From a virus (lineage: Duplodnaviria > Caudoviricetes), in the IMG/VR virus record IMGVR_UViG_3300042558_004043: a DNA stretch of 64,000 bases; one strand, given 5' to 3'. The position numbers were made by a program, and so were the translations under genes. Of the stretch, positions 29,021-38,757 are shown piece after piece; positions within the stretch are counted from its first letter, which is position 1, and each line of letters begins with the position of its first letter. The notes beneath the pieces were generated by a model. That model was not told the origin of the DNA. It worked only from the letters and a program-made list of their open reading frames with translations, and did not search any database.

Positions 29021-29271
29021 AAAAACAAACTGCGGTTGAGTGGATGGTTGAGCAAGTTGAACTAATTTCCAACAATAAAACTTTATCAAAAAAAGATGCG
29101 GTTAAATTGTATGACGAAGTAATTCAGAAAGCCAACGCAATGTTTGAGGGGCAGATTATTGAAGCTTACTTAACACCACTATCAAATGAATATTGGTTTC
29201 AAAAAGATGAAATATTAAATCAAGAATCAAAAAAATACTATAACGAAACTTATGGAGGTGACAAATGTTAG
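29017..29271 (+). CDS. TAVEW-family small phage protein
   Basis: MKKQTAVEW...NAMFEGQIIEAY...NETYGGDK. Confidence 0.65.
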   Translation: MKKQTAVEWMVEQVELISNNKTLSKKDAVKLYDEVIQKANAMFEGQIIEAYLTPLSNEYWFQKDEILNQESKKYYNETYGGDKC

Positions 29272-29437
29272 CAATATCATTAAAAAAACATGAATTGGAT
29301 ACACTGAATGAGTTGGTCATTCAAATCGAAGCTGTGAACGCTGCGGGAATGAATCAGGTGTTTAATAATAGTGCAGTAAGGATTTTAAAGTATAATATCA
29401 TCGAACACTTAAACGAAACTTATGGAGGTGACAAATG
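29242..29437 (+). repeat. 26-bp direct repeat at gene junctions (29242-29267 and 29412-29437)
   Basis: aacgaaacttatggaggtgacaaatg identical twice. Confidence 0.85.
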
Positions 29438-29438
29438 A
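29265..29438 (+). CDS. small hypothetical protein (57 aa, not in ORF track)
   Basis: GGAGGTGA upstream; ends NETYGGDK. Confidence 0.6.
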   Translation: MLAISLKKHELDTLNELVIQIEAVNAAGMNQVFNNSAVRILKYNIIEHLNETYGGDK

Positions 29439-29722
29439 ATAATACGGAAATAACGCCAGTACCCGAAATAGTTGCTGACACAAGACGAGTTTGTGAGATA
29501 CGATTTGATTGTATGGTGACAATGCATGATGTTGCATATAGAACATATAAGGGAATGTGGGGACAGGATGAACAATCAAAAACACCTCAATGGTTTAAAG
29601 CCAATCATGTTCTAACATTAGAAATGGTTAAACATGCTGACCCATATGAATTGGGAATGAGAATTAAAGAAATGTTTCATCAACTAGAAAAAACAATAGA
29701 ACAATATGAACAGCGTGGATAA
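29435..29722 (+). CDS. hypothetical protein
   Basis: GGAGGTGA upstream, ATGA overlap. Confidence 0.6.
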   Translation: MNNTEITPVPEIVADTRRVCEIRFDCMVTMHDVAYRTYKGMWGQDEQSKTPQWFKANHVLTLEMVKHADPYELGMRIKEMFHQLEKTIEQYEQRG

Positions 29723-30884
29723 ACAATACCAAACATTACTTCAAACCATTTTAGATTTTGGGGTGGAGAAGAAAGACCGGACTGGTACCGGGACTAAATC
29801 AATTTTTGGTTATACCATTCGTCATAAGATGTCAGAAGGGTTTCCACTTCTAACAACCAAAAAGATGCATTTCAAATCAGTCGTAACTGAATTGTTATGG
29901 TTTTTAAGAGGTGATACCAATATCAAATACCTTGTCGATAACAATTGTCATATTTGGGATGGTGATGCTTATAAGAACTACTTACACAAAGTTATTCGTG
30001 ACAAAGACATTGTAAGGTATTTGAAATCATATTCAGTAGATACAAATGGTGTTCCTACTATTGAACCATACTCAAAAGAAGAGTTTATTGAACGAATTAA
30101 AAACGATAATGAGTTTGCTAAGAAATATGGGGAATTGGGAAAAATTTATGGACATGGTTGGCGTAATTGGGGAAGTGAATTTTCATTACATATTGGATTA
30201 GAACGGGATGGAAGTCAAGATAAAATAAATTTTAAACAAGGTATAGACCAAATCGCAAACCTAATCTCTGAACTCAAAACAAATCCTGATTCTAGGAGAT
30301 TACTTGTTTCGGCTTGGAATGTGGCGGATGTTGAAAGTGGTAGTATGGTGCTCCCACCCTGTCATTATGGATTTCAAGTTTATACAAGAGAGTTGAGTTT
30401 GGAAGAAAGATTATGTATTGCGGATAAATTTAATCCATTAATCAGAGAGGATTGTTTGACTAAAGTTTCAAACCCTAATCAAACACCCGAATTAAAATTA
30501 ATAGAACAACACGAATGGTTAGATTCGTTAGGTCCTAATGTTGTCCCACAAAGAAGAGCAATCTCTCTAATGTATAATTGCAGAAGTCAAGATGTACCAC
30601 TCGGCACACCATTCAATATCAGCTCATATGCGTTGTTATTAGAAATAATTGCTAAACAAGTCAATATGGTTCCAGACCAATTAATCGGTAATTTGGGTGA
30701 TTGTCATATATACCTCAATCAAATTGATGGTGTTAAAGAACAATTAACAAGAGAACCATATCCACTACCAACAGTAAAAATATCTGACAGAGTTGTTAAT
30801 GATATTTCGGAATATACTTTGGATGATATTATTTTGGAGAATTACCAAAGCCACCCAACAATTAAAATGCCGTTATCCAATTAA
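29706..30884 (+). CDS. thyA: thymidylate synthase with insertions
   Basis: DRTGTGT, FPLLTTKK, ELLWFLRG, LPPCH, RSQDVPLGTPFN, HIYLNQ. Confidence 0.95.
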   Translation: MNSVDKQYQTLLQTILDFGVEKKDRTGTGTKSIFGYTIRHKMSEGFPLLTTKKMHFKSVVTELLWFLRGDTNIKYLVDNNCHIWDGDAYKNYLHKVIRDKDIVRYLKSYSVDTNGVPTIEPYSKEEFIERIKNDNEFAKKYGELGKIYGHGWRNWGSEFSLHIGLERDGSQDKINFKQGIDQIANLISELKTNPDSRRLLVSAWNVADVESGSMVLPPCHYGFQVYTRELSLEERLCIADKFNPLIREDCLTKVSNPNQTPELKLIEQHEWLDSLGPNVVPQRRAISLMYNCRSQDVPLGTPFNISSYALLLEIIAKQVNMVPDQLIGNLGDCHIYLNQIDGVKEQLTREPYPLPTVKISDRVVNDISEYTLDDIILENYQSHPTIKMPLSN

Positions 30885-30890
30885 TCCACT

Positions 30891-31349
30891 ATGATGGAAG
30901 ATGACCTGTGGTGTAATTATTCTGACCTACCAAGTGTAATGAGTTACGAAGAACCAAAAAAGAAATATCCCGACAATGTTGTATGGAGTGAAGAGCGTGG
31001 GTATTACGCTCACCTTCTTCCGTATGCAACAAACATCGGAGCACCAGTCATATCACCTGACAATGTATCAACTTGGAAGAATGAGAAGATTTTAAAAACC
31101 AATCATTACTTCAGTAAAAAATACGAGGAGATAAAAGAACAATATGAAAAACTACTTCAGGAATTTGAGTGGAATAATATTGTCTATAATGCGACATATA
31201 ATTTTCAACCAATTATCGGACAAGAATATTATTTGTATCGTAGAAAAAGTGGAGAATATTTCTTATCATTAATAAAACCAACCGAGTGGAGACAAGAACA
31301 CATTGGAACATTTGAATTGGATTCAGATAATAAGTGGAAAAAAATATAA
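30891..31349 (+). CDS. DUF2452-like protein
   Basis: LLPYATNIGAP, YNFQPIIGQEYYLY, FLSLIKPTEW. Confidence 0.6.
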   Translation: MMEDDLWCNYSDLPSVMSYEEPKKKYPDNVVWSEERGYYAHLLPYATNIGAPVISPDNVSTWKNEKILKTNHYFSKKYEEIKEQYEKLLQEFEWNNIVYNATYNFQPIIGQEYYLYRRKSGEYFLSLIKPTEWRQEHIGTFELDSDNKWKKI

Positions 31350-31353
31350 AATT

Positions 31354-31977
31354 ATGAAACTACAAGAATTAATTAATGAAATTTTAAGTTCGGGAGAACT
31401 GGAAAATAAAAAAGGTTATTTAGTAAATGTTCAAGGACTTACTGATAACATGATTTATGGTAAAGAACTTGAACCATATTTGGAAAGAATTAAACAATGT
31501 GATGAATTTTCTGAATGTGACGAAATTGTTATTATGAAATATCCAATTACACTTGATGAGAATAATAATAGTATAGAAACTAAAACTTATAAAGTTGTAC
31601 CAAATCAAAAATTTAAGGGAAAATGTTATTTACTATCTTTAGCACTAACTCCCGAAATGTTTGACCCTAAAAAAATTCACGAACCAGTTTTAGATGGAGC
31701 TTGCATTACTCCAACAATTTATAACCCTGAAACGTTTGAACCAAAAAAGAAAATTGTTTTGGAATTCTCACCCGAAATATCACAAGACAAAACAATCTAT
31801 GCCTATGGAAATCCGAGTATGATTAATGACATAGAAGACACTTACGAACAACAATTAAGAAAACAACTTCACGAAACTTTAGATAAAATTTTGGATAATC
31901 CTGAAAATTACCAAGTCAAAGGTGAAAAAGGTGTTATGGTTAGAGGTATTTTTGAAGAGGTTGAAAGTAATTCTTAA
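31354..31977 (+). CDS. hypothetical protein
   Basis: start revised to MKLQELINE. Confidence 0.6.
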   Translation: MKLQELINEILSSGELENKKGYLVNVQGLTDNMIYGKELEPYLERIKQCDEFSECDEIVIMKYPITLDENNNSIETKTYKVVPNQKFKGKCYLLSLALTPEMFDPKKIHEPVLDGACITPTIYNPETFEPKKKIVLEFSPEISQDKTIYAYGNPSMINDIEDTYEQQLRKQLHETLDKILDNPENYQVKGEKGVMVRGIFEEVESNS

Positions 31978-31998
31978 AAAAAACACGTTAACTAAAAT

Positions 31999-32346
31999 AT
32001 GATGGAAGATTTAAAACATAAGTGGGAACAAATTGACGAGGACGATTATGTTGCCAAGTATCGTGATATGAGGCTCCGAGTTGAAAAGATGGAGGAGCAA
32101 CAATGGTGGTGGGCGGTTTATAGAGGAAAAGAAGAACTATGTCCCGAGAAACCATTCGCAAGAAAAAAAGATTATGCGATGAAAATGGCAGAAGAATGTG
32201 CCGAAGAAAATATTGAACCTTATGTATCAGATGATTTTCAGATTGGACCAGATGGTGCGTTTGAATACACTGATGATATGGAAGATTGGGATAATACATT
32301 AATGGATGGACTTGACGATGAAGAATTTAATGATGAAAATAAGTAA
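31999..32346 (+). CDS. acidic hypothetical protein
   Basis: 115-aa ORF. Confidence 0.55.
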   Translation: MMEDLKHKWEQIDEDDYVAKYRDMRLRVEKMEEQQWWWAVYRGKEELCPEKPFARKKDYAMKMAEECAEENIEPYVSDDFQIGPDGAFEYTDDMEDWDNTLMDGLDDEEFNDENK

Positions 32347-32350
32347 TACA

Positions 32351-32551
32351 ATGGAAAATAATACTGGAACTGTTAGTTATGTTGACAAACAAGAGTCAAT
32401 TAAAAGAATTGAATTAATTACGGAAAGATTTAGAAAAGGAAGAATGAACACGGATGATTATATCATTCAAGTTAATCAGAGCCTTCAAAAACTCGCATCC
32501 AAAAGAGATTATATAAATTATCTGATGAACATCGGTCAGTTTAATAACTAA
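32351..32551 (+). CDS. hypothetical protein
   Basis: start uncertain. Confidence 0.5.
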   Translation: MENNTGTVSYVDKQESIKRIELITERFRKGRMNTDDYIIQVNQSLQKLASKRDYINYLMNIGQFNN

Positions 32552-32552
32552 A

Positions 32553-33005
32553 ATGGAATTAATAACAACCTACATTTGTAAGAAAGGTGACGAGGGTGTT
32601 CACGGAAATATGTTCGGAGGTTTGATACTCGGACTTATTGATGATGCTGCGGCTTCATATGCTTCACAAATCTGTGACACCCAAAAAATTGTAACACTTA
32701 AAATTGATGAGTTGTTATTTAAACGAGCGGTGAAGGTTGGAAACATTTTGAAAGTTTATGGTGAAGTTGTTTCATTTGGAAACACCTCTGTTACACTTTA
32801 TATTGAAGTTAGAAAACACAATGTTTATACAGGTGAGCAAGACATTGTAACCCAAACAAAAATTGTGTTTGTTAGAATTGATGAAGACGGGAAACCCAGA
32901 CCGATTCATCAGCATGTTAAAGAAAGATACTGGGATAGAAGAGAAAAATTTGGAAAGGGTCTCCTAACCCCTGAAGAAAAATTTAGAATTGGCTCAGAAA
33001 TTTGA
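32553..33005 (+). CDS. acyl-CoA thioesterase (hotdog fold, YciA-like)
   Basis: HGNMFGGLILGLIDDAAA, IVFVRIDEDGKPRP. Confidence 0.85.
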   Translation: MELITTYICKKGDEGVHGNMFGGLILGLIDDAAASYASQICDTQKIVTLKIDELLFKRAVKVGNILKVYGEVVSFGNTSVTLYIEVRKHNVYTGEQDIVTQTKIVFVRIDEDGKPRPIHQHVKERYWDRREKFGKGLLTPEEKFRIGSEI

Positions 33006-33050
33006 CAATTCAAAAAATAATAATTATAATTTAAAAAATATTAACAATTT

Positions 33051-33281
33051 ATGCAAACACTAGTTTTTAACACAACAGAAAAAAAAGTTTGGGTGTATGA
33101 CGGTACGGCTGAGGTCTCAAACTTAATTTACAAATTCGAAGATGTACCAACGGTAAAACCATTACAAGATTACTACGAAGTAATGCAAAAACTATCGAGT
33201 GAGTCCGCACCATCAGGGTATTCATCAGTTCCTGTGGCAAGATTTCCAATTTCTAACACCAATATGATTATTGAGAAATGA
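33051..33281 (+). CDS. hypothetical protein
   Basis: 76-aa ORF. Confidence 0.6.
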   Translation: MQTLVFNTTEKKVWVYDGTAEVSNLIYKFEDVPTVKPLQDYYEVMQKLSSESAPSGYSSVPVARFPISNTNMIIEK

Positions 33282-33799
33282 GGTATAAGGTAGTTGTAAG
33301 TGGTCGTGGTGCAGAATGTTACGTTCATTTATTAGAAGATGAACAAAGACAGAAATTATTTGAATCAGAAGTTGAAAATGGTGATTGTGAACCTGATGTC
33401 ATTAGTGAAATAGTTAATAAAAATGACATATTTGAAACTGATGATATTTTTTTGGGTCCTTTTAATAACCCTGAACATTTTATGATTCAGGTTTACAACG
33501 AAAATGACGACTTAATTTGGGAATCTAAAAATGACCATGAATTTGAGGATTATGATTTCGAATATATTTTTGAGGATGACAAATCTTTAATAATCGAAGA
33601 CTACACCAAAGGTCAATTTTTTCAATATGATATAGAATTAGATGAAGAATTCGACTCAAAAAAACTAAAACCGATAGTTACTGAAATTGGGGAAAGGGTT
33701 GAAATTATTACGAATTTTACTTACAACGAAACAGATTTATCCTTTTTCAAAGAGTATGGGGATTATTGGAGCAAAGGGTTAACATACTATTTGAATTGA
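33278..33799 (+). CDS. acidic hypothetical protein
   Basis: 173-aa ORF, ATGA overlap. Confidence 0.6.
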   Translation: MRYKVVVSGRGAECYVHLLEDEQRQKLFESEVENGDCEPDVISEIVNKNDIFETDDIFLGPFNNPEHFMIQVYNENDDLIWESKNDHEFEDYDFEYIFEDDKSLIIEDYTKGQFFQYDIELDEEFDSKKLKPIVTEIGERVEIITNFTYNETDLSFFKEYGDYWSKGLTYYLN

Positions 33800-33854
33800 C
33801 TTTTATGTCTTTTTCTAGATATTTACCTTTATAATAAACTTATAAATTTTTAAA

Positions 33855-34640
33855 ATGAAAAAATTATTATTTCTTTTTCTACTTGGGGTTTTAACAACAT
33901 TAACATCATTCTCCCAAGCAGATACTGTAAAAACTAAAGGACTATTCTTTAGACCGGCAAAAAAAGAGAGCCCGTTTACAAGTGACTTTGGACTTTCAAC
34001 CTCTAATTTGTGGAGAGGTGTTGACGTAGGAAAACAACCTGTAATAAAAATGACTGCGGATTATCAACCAGTAAGTTGGTTCACACTGAACTCTGAGGTT
34101 AACGCTGTTTACAACCAATTTAGAGAAGGATATGCAAACACTGTGAAAAATTCAGCTTTGTTTAATGTCTTTAACACATCAATTGGAGTTCAGGACATTT
34201 ATTTTAGTCAAAACACTCCAACTCAGATTGACACAAATTATTTCCATTATAATAAGGCTACTACCAATCACTTTTTGGAAGCGGTATTGAAATATAAAGG
34301 TGATGCAAAATCAAGAATTGATTTCTTAACAAGTTATGTGTTTTATCAAAATGAATCATATAAGAGAGGTTCAATTTATTTTGAAGCTACTTACCATTTG
34401 GATTACAATGCTGACATATTTGTTGGGTACGTAACCGGTGAATCACAAGTAAACTTCCAAAAAGAAAACGGATTTACTAATGTGGGTGTTGTATTAAAGA
34501 GAACTTTATCATTCTCTAAGGGAACTGACGCCAATTCTCGTTTGACAATTATGGTTAATCCAATGTATAAGACTGTTATTGTTACAAATCCAAGTTTGGC
34601 TAACAGACCTATTACTGCTAATTTAGAAATTACATTCTAA
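33855..34640 (+). CDS. putative outer-membrane beta-barrel protein
   Basis: signal peptide, alternating hydrophobic strands, C-terminal ANLEITF. Confidence 0.65.
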   Translation: MKKLLFLFLLGVLTTLTSFSQADTVKTKGLFFRPAKKESPFTSDFGLSTSNLWRGVDVGKQPVIKMTADYQPVSWFTLNSEVNAVYNQFREGYANTVKNSALFNVFNTSIGVQDIYFSQNTPTQIDTNYFHYNKATTNHFLEAVLKYKGDAKSRIDFLTSYVFYQNESYKRGSIYFEATYHLDYNADIFVGYVTGESQVNFQKENGFTNVGVVLKRTLSFSKGTDANSRLTIMVNPMYKTVIVTNPSLANRPITANLEITF

Positions 34641-34805
34641 TAAAAAATAAATTTTAACAAAACAGGGACTCGAAAGGGTCCCTTTTTTTATTAACATGAA
34701 AAAGTTATTAAACAAACTCAGCTTTTTATCATTCCACATTCCTTTCACAGTAATTTTTTATTGTAAAAAACTCACTAATAAGTTTAGATAATATTTATAC
34801 TTAGA

Positions 34806-35195
34806 ATGAAGGTTATAATTACGCACAGGAATTCAGGAATACCTCAAAAAGATTATAAATTGATTGATTTGTTTTTGAGGTTTTTACAAAAACAATATCC
34901 GTTAAAAAACAACTTAAAGATATTCTTTATTTCAGAAAGAACTGGTAATATGACTACTGGTAGTCGTACTGAAGAAAATGAAATAAAAGTTTTAACTAAA
35001 GGTAGAATATACCGGGATATTTTGAGGACCTTGTCTCATGAATGGGTTCATGAGTATCAAAGAGATGTGTTAAAATGGAAACACGGTTCCGATATTGGGG
35101 GGAGAAATGAGGATATGGCAAATAGCGAGGCCGGGGCTCTCATGAAAATGTTTGAGAAAATATACCCCGACCTCGAAGATAAGATGTATGAGTGA
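34806..35195 (+). CDS. putative HExxH metallopeptidase
   Basis: LRTLSHEWVHEYQ with downstream E. Confidence 0.55.
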   Translation: MKVIITHRNSGIPQKDYKLIDLFLRFLQKQYPLKNNLKIFFISERTGNMTTGSRTEENEIKVLTKGRIYRDILRTLSHEWVHEYQRDVLKWKHGSDIGGRNEDMANSEAGALMKMFEKIYPDLEDKMYE

Positions 35196-35621
35196 TTAGT
35201 CGATACTAACCAACTCCAAATCAAAGATAAGTTTTTTACCTGCCAAAGGATGATTTGCATCAACCATAGCTGAGGTTTCATTCACTTCTTTAACAACTAC
35301 CATTACTGGACCACGTTCGGTCATACCCTGTAGTTGGTCACCAACTTTAACATTTTCAGGAAGATTCCCGAGAGGTACTTCACTTACCATACCCTCAACA
35401 ACATCACCATAAGCTTCTGATGGGTCAATTTCCACTGTCTTTTTATCTCCGACTGACATTCCCATCAATCCTGATTCAAAACCTTTAATCAATTGACCTT
35501 GTCCTAATACCGCAGCCAATGGTTCACGACCTTCAGTTAGTGAAGAATCGAATACAGAACCGTCCTCTAAACGTCCTGTGTAGTTAACTTTTACGGAGTC
35601 ACCGTTTTGTACTATTTTCAT
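35196..35621 (-). CDS. slyD: FKBP-type peptidyl-prolyl isomerase (SlyD-like)
   Basis: VKVNYTGRLEDGSVFDSS, GQGQLIKGFE, DANHPLAGKKLIFDLE. Confidence 0.92.
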   Translation of the reverse strand: MKIVQNGDSVKVNYTGRLEDGSVFDSSLTEGREPLAAVLGQGQLIKGFESGLMGMSVGDKKTVEIDPSEAYGDVVEGMVSEVPLGNLPENVKVGDQLQGMTERGPVMVVVKEVNETSAMVDANHPLAGKKLIFDLELVSID

Positions 35622-35754
35622 TTTATATGTTTTTACTAATTATAAGTGAAAAACCATAACTCATCAAATATTTTTTGTAAAAAAAATTTTTTAATCATTT
35701 TTTTACTATATTTGTATAGTTATTATTACTATATCATTAAATTTTAAGGTAAAA

Positions 35755-35931
35755 ATGTCAAACGAAAAATTTTTAGAGGAAATACTATACTCCGCACACA
35801 GAAGCGGGGTTTTTAGTCAATTTATGGAAGAAATTGATTCGAAAATTAAGTCAGGAGCGAGTATCACGACTCACGACGCGGCTCCACAAGTGTACTACGA
35901 CTTTAAAAATAGGGGTTTGATTCAAGACTGA
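35755..35931 (+). CDS. small hypothetical protein (58 aa, not in ORF track)
   Basis: MSNEKFLEEILYSAHRSG...; TATATTTG near 35708. Confidence 0.55.
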   Translation: MSNEKFLEEILYSAHRSGVFSQFMEEIDSKIKSGASITTHDAAPQVYYDFKNRGLIQD

Positions 35932-36203
35932 CTGACCAAATCATAAGTTGCAACTAATGCGAACTTATCGTGGTCAAAATTTGACCATTTTAAACTTTCC
36001 TCGATTAAAAAATTTAGTCCATCCAACCGACTTTCTTCAAAAAGAGAGATATCGGTCATAAAAAGTTTACAATCAATCAAATAATGTTTGTTAACCGTGC
36101 AAAATTTAACATGATTTATGATAATATAACTGTCTTTACCGTATAAAGCCTCTAAATCTTTGGAAAAGACATAATTTAAGAGAACAGAAAGACAAGTTTT
36201 CAT
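35922..36203 (-). CDS. hypothetical protein
   Basis: start revised to MKTCLS; TATTTAT upstream. Confidence 0.55.
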   Translation of the reverse strand: MKTCLSVLLNYVFSKDLEALYGKDSYIIINHVKFCTVNKHYLIDCKLFMTDISLFEESRLDGLNFLIEESLKWSNFDHDKFALVATYDLVSQS

Positions 36204-36239
36204 ATATTTTATAAATATAAACCTAATTTTACTAAAAGT

Positions 36240-36452
36240 ATGGATATTTTGATAGAGTTTCAATGGGTATTGTCGGTTTTAGAGTCCTGTGAGACTAGAA
36301 AACAGGTGAATTCTTCATTAAGACTGTTTGAACAGTTTATAAACAAGTGGGATTACGAAATTTCTGAAGAAATTAAGTTAAAATACATAAATAAATTTGA
36401 GGATTCAAAAAAAGACCAAATTTGTAAGATAGTTTCAGGTAAAAACGAATAA
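36240..36452 (+). CDS. hypothetical protein
   Basis: 70-aa ORF. Confidence 0.5.
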   Translation: MDILIEFQWVLSVLESCETRKQVNSSLRLFEQFINKWDYEISEEIKLKYINKFEDSKKDQICKIVSGKNE

Positions 36453-36607
36453 AATCACTATTTTTGACCATAAAATTGACATATTTTTGATTTTTAGGTA
36501 TATTTATCAAAACTATCACTCTCATCAGAGAGCCTATATATAGAAAAAGGGACTTAATTTTTGTTAAGTCCCTTTTTTCATTAAAAAACTTGCCTTATCT
36601 TTGTACC

Positions 36608-36847
36608 ATGAAAGCAAAACTAACATTTGATTTGGATGACATCGATGATAAGATGGCTCACGAGCGTTGCGTGAAGGCAACCGACATGGCACTTGTACTT
36701 TGGGAGATAATGACCAACTCATACCGCGGTTTGACCAACGGATATGATGAAGAAGACGGTTATCACAAAGGAGTTGACGCAGTTTATGAAAAACTACGTG
36801 AATTGATGGAAGAACACGACATAAATCCTCATAATTTAATACGATGA
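36608..36847 (+). CDS. hypothetical protein
   Basis: TATCTTTG at 36596 just upstream; start revised. Confidence 0.6.
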   Translation: MKAKLTFDLDDIDDKMAHERCVKATDMALVLWEIMTNSYRGLTNGYDEEDGYHKGVDAVYEKLRELMEEHDINPHNLIR

Positions 36848-36892
36848 GAAAATTTTGGAATAAATTAGTTAAATTTTTTAAAACAGTATCAG

Positions 36893-37438
36893 ATGGTATC
36901 GATAAAACACAGTACAAAGATGGTTGGGGAAAGCTTTAAAGACATAAAATACGCTGTTAAGCGATTTATTCGAAAAATTAAGAACGTTTTTCGATGGCTT
37001 CCCACAATTTGGAAGGATGAGGACTATGATAGTCACTTCATTAACGAAATATTAATCAAAAAACTCGAACATACCCGAGATTTCTTCTTGTCTGATAGGA
37101 CTCACATAACTTCCGCTAAAGAAGTTGCTGAGGAAATCCAAGAAGCGATTGACCGTCTTCACATGACCCGTGATAGTTGGGAGTTTTATGAAGAACCGGC
37201 TCACGACATAATTGAAGAGAAGTGGGGTAAGACAACTTTTGAATTTATACCACTTGAAGACCGACCAAATGTTAGTGAAATGGTTTCAAAAACCGAGAAG
37301 GTTAAAACTCCTGAAGATAAAGAACAATATTCTGAGGATTTCAGAGCGGCAATGAAAGCCGCCCGTAAGGAATACATGAAAGATAAAAAAGAAGCATATA
37401 AATTTATCGCCAAACATATTGATGGTTGGTGGGACTAA
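36893..37438 (+). CDS. hypothetical protein
   Basis: 181-aa ORF. Confidence 0.6.
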   Translation: MVSIKHSTKMVGESFKDIKYAVKRFIRKIKNVFRWLPTIWKDEDYDSHFINEILIKKLEHTRDFFLSDRTHITSAKEVAEEIQEAIDRLHMTRDSWEFYEEPAHDIIEEKWGKTTFEFIPLEDRPNVSEMVSKTEKVKTPEDKEQYSEDFRAAMKAARKEYMKDKKEAYKFIAKHIDGWWD

Positions 37439-37450
37439 AAAATTAAAATT

Positions 37451-37972
37451 ATGGAATGGTACATTGTAAGAGCACAAGCAAATCGTGAGAGAAAAGTCTC
37501 AGAAAGAATTTTAAAAGAAGCCGACAAAGGGGAACTCAATGGGGTAATCGGAAGAGTTGTAGTTCCAATGGAAAAAGTATTTGCCACGAAAGATGGTAAA
37601 AAAACACAACGTGAAAAAGTTTTGTTTCCTGGTTATGTTTTTGTTGAAACATCCGCAATTGGGGAATTAAAACAAGTTGTTAAAAAAATTGATGGAGCAA
37701 CGGGATTGTTGTCTGACAGAGCTGGAAATATCCAAATTGTATCAGACCAAGAAGTAAACCGAATGATTGGAATTCACGAAGAAAACAAAACAAAAAGTTT
37801 TTCAGACATATTCAGTGTTGGAGATGAAGTTACTGTAACTGAAGGTCCATTTACATCCTTTAAGGGAAACATTGAATTTATTGATAAAGAGAAAGGTAAA
37901 CTTAAAGTAAATGTTCTTATCTTTGGCAGACCAACATCTGTTGAATTGGAGGAAACCCAAGTAAAAAAATGA
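37451..37972 (+). CDS. nusG: transcription termination/antitermination factor NusG
   Basis: WYIVRAQANRE, LFPGYVFVE, KOW GDEVTVTEGPF, VLIFGRPTSVEL. Confidence 0.92.
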   Translation: MEWYIVRAQANRERKVSERILKEADKGELNGVIGRVVVPMEKVFATKDGKKTQREKVLFPGYVFVETSAIGELKQVVKKIDGATGLLSDRAGNIQIVSDQEVNRMIGIHEENKTKSFSDIFSVGDEVTVTEGPFTSFKGNIEFIDKEKGKLKVNVLIFGRPTSVELEETQVKK

Positions 37973-38658
37973 AAATAACTTTTATATCAGATACTCACAA
38001 CAAACACAAGCAAATTACTGAAGATTTGCCAGGAGGTGACTTACTGATTCACGCTGGTGATATCTCATCAATGGGTTATAAGTATGAAATCCAAAAATTC
38101 TGCAAGTGGTTTGACAGTTTGGAAAATTATACTGTAAAGACATTCATTGCCGGTAATCACGACTTTGGGTTTGAAAAGGAACCCGAAATGGCCAAAGAGG
38201 TTGTCGGTTTTTATAATGACATTGTTTATCTTCAAGATAGTTTTCTTGGTTACGGAGTTGATACGGAAAATTATGTAAAGATTTATGGTAGTCCATGGCA
38301 GCCCGAGTTCTATAATTGGGCGTTTAATCTACCAAAGAATGGTCATAAACTTACACAGAAGTGGAATGACATTCCTGATGATACTGACATATTAATTACT
38401 CACGGACCGGCATTTGGTTATTTGGATACAATTATGGGTCAGTATGATAATCTTGGATGTGAATTACTGACAAAAAGAATTAAAACAATTAAACCTAAAA
38501 TTCATGTCTGCGGGCACATACATTCAGGGTATGGTTATGTTTTTGACGGAGATACTCACTTCATCAATGCCTCGGTATTAGACGAACAGTATCAATACAC
38601 CCAAAAACCACTAACGGTAGAATGGGACCCTGTAACGAATAAATTGGAGTTTATTTAA
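37969..38658 (+). CDS. calcineurin-like metallophosphoesterase
   Basis: ISDTH, HAGD, AGNHD, LITHGP, HVCGHIH. Confidence 0.9.
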   Translation: MKITFISDTHNKHKQITEDLPGGDLLIHAGDISSMGYKYEIQKFCKWFDSLENYTVKTFIAGNHDFGFEKEPEMAKEVVGFYNDIVYLQDSFLGYGVDTENYVKIYGSPWQPEFYNWAFNLPKNGHKLTQKWNDIPDDTDILITHGPAFGYLDTIMGQYDNLGCELLTKRIKTIKPKIHVCGHIHSGYGYVFDGDTHFINASVLDEQYQYTQKPLTVEWDPVTNKLEFI

Positions 38659-38757
38659 TTTGAAACCCGTCTAACCGACGGGTTTTTTATTTTAAAAAAA
38701 CCTTAATTATAGTAATATTTTTTTTAACTTAAAGAGTATATTGATATTTATTGATGA

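Noticed and set aside
29706-30884. ThyA as a base-modifying hydroxymethylase
   Set aside because: Keeps canonical PCH and the PFN Asn that specifies dUMP; insertions alone are not evidence
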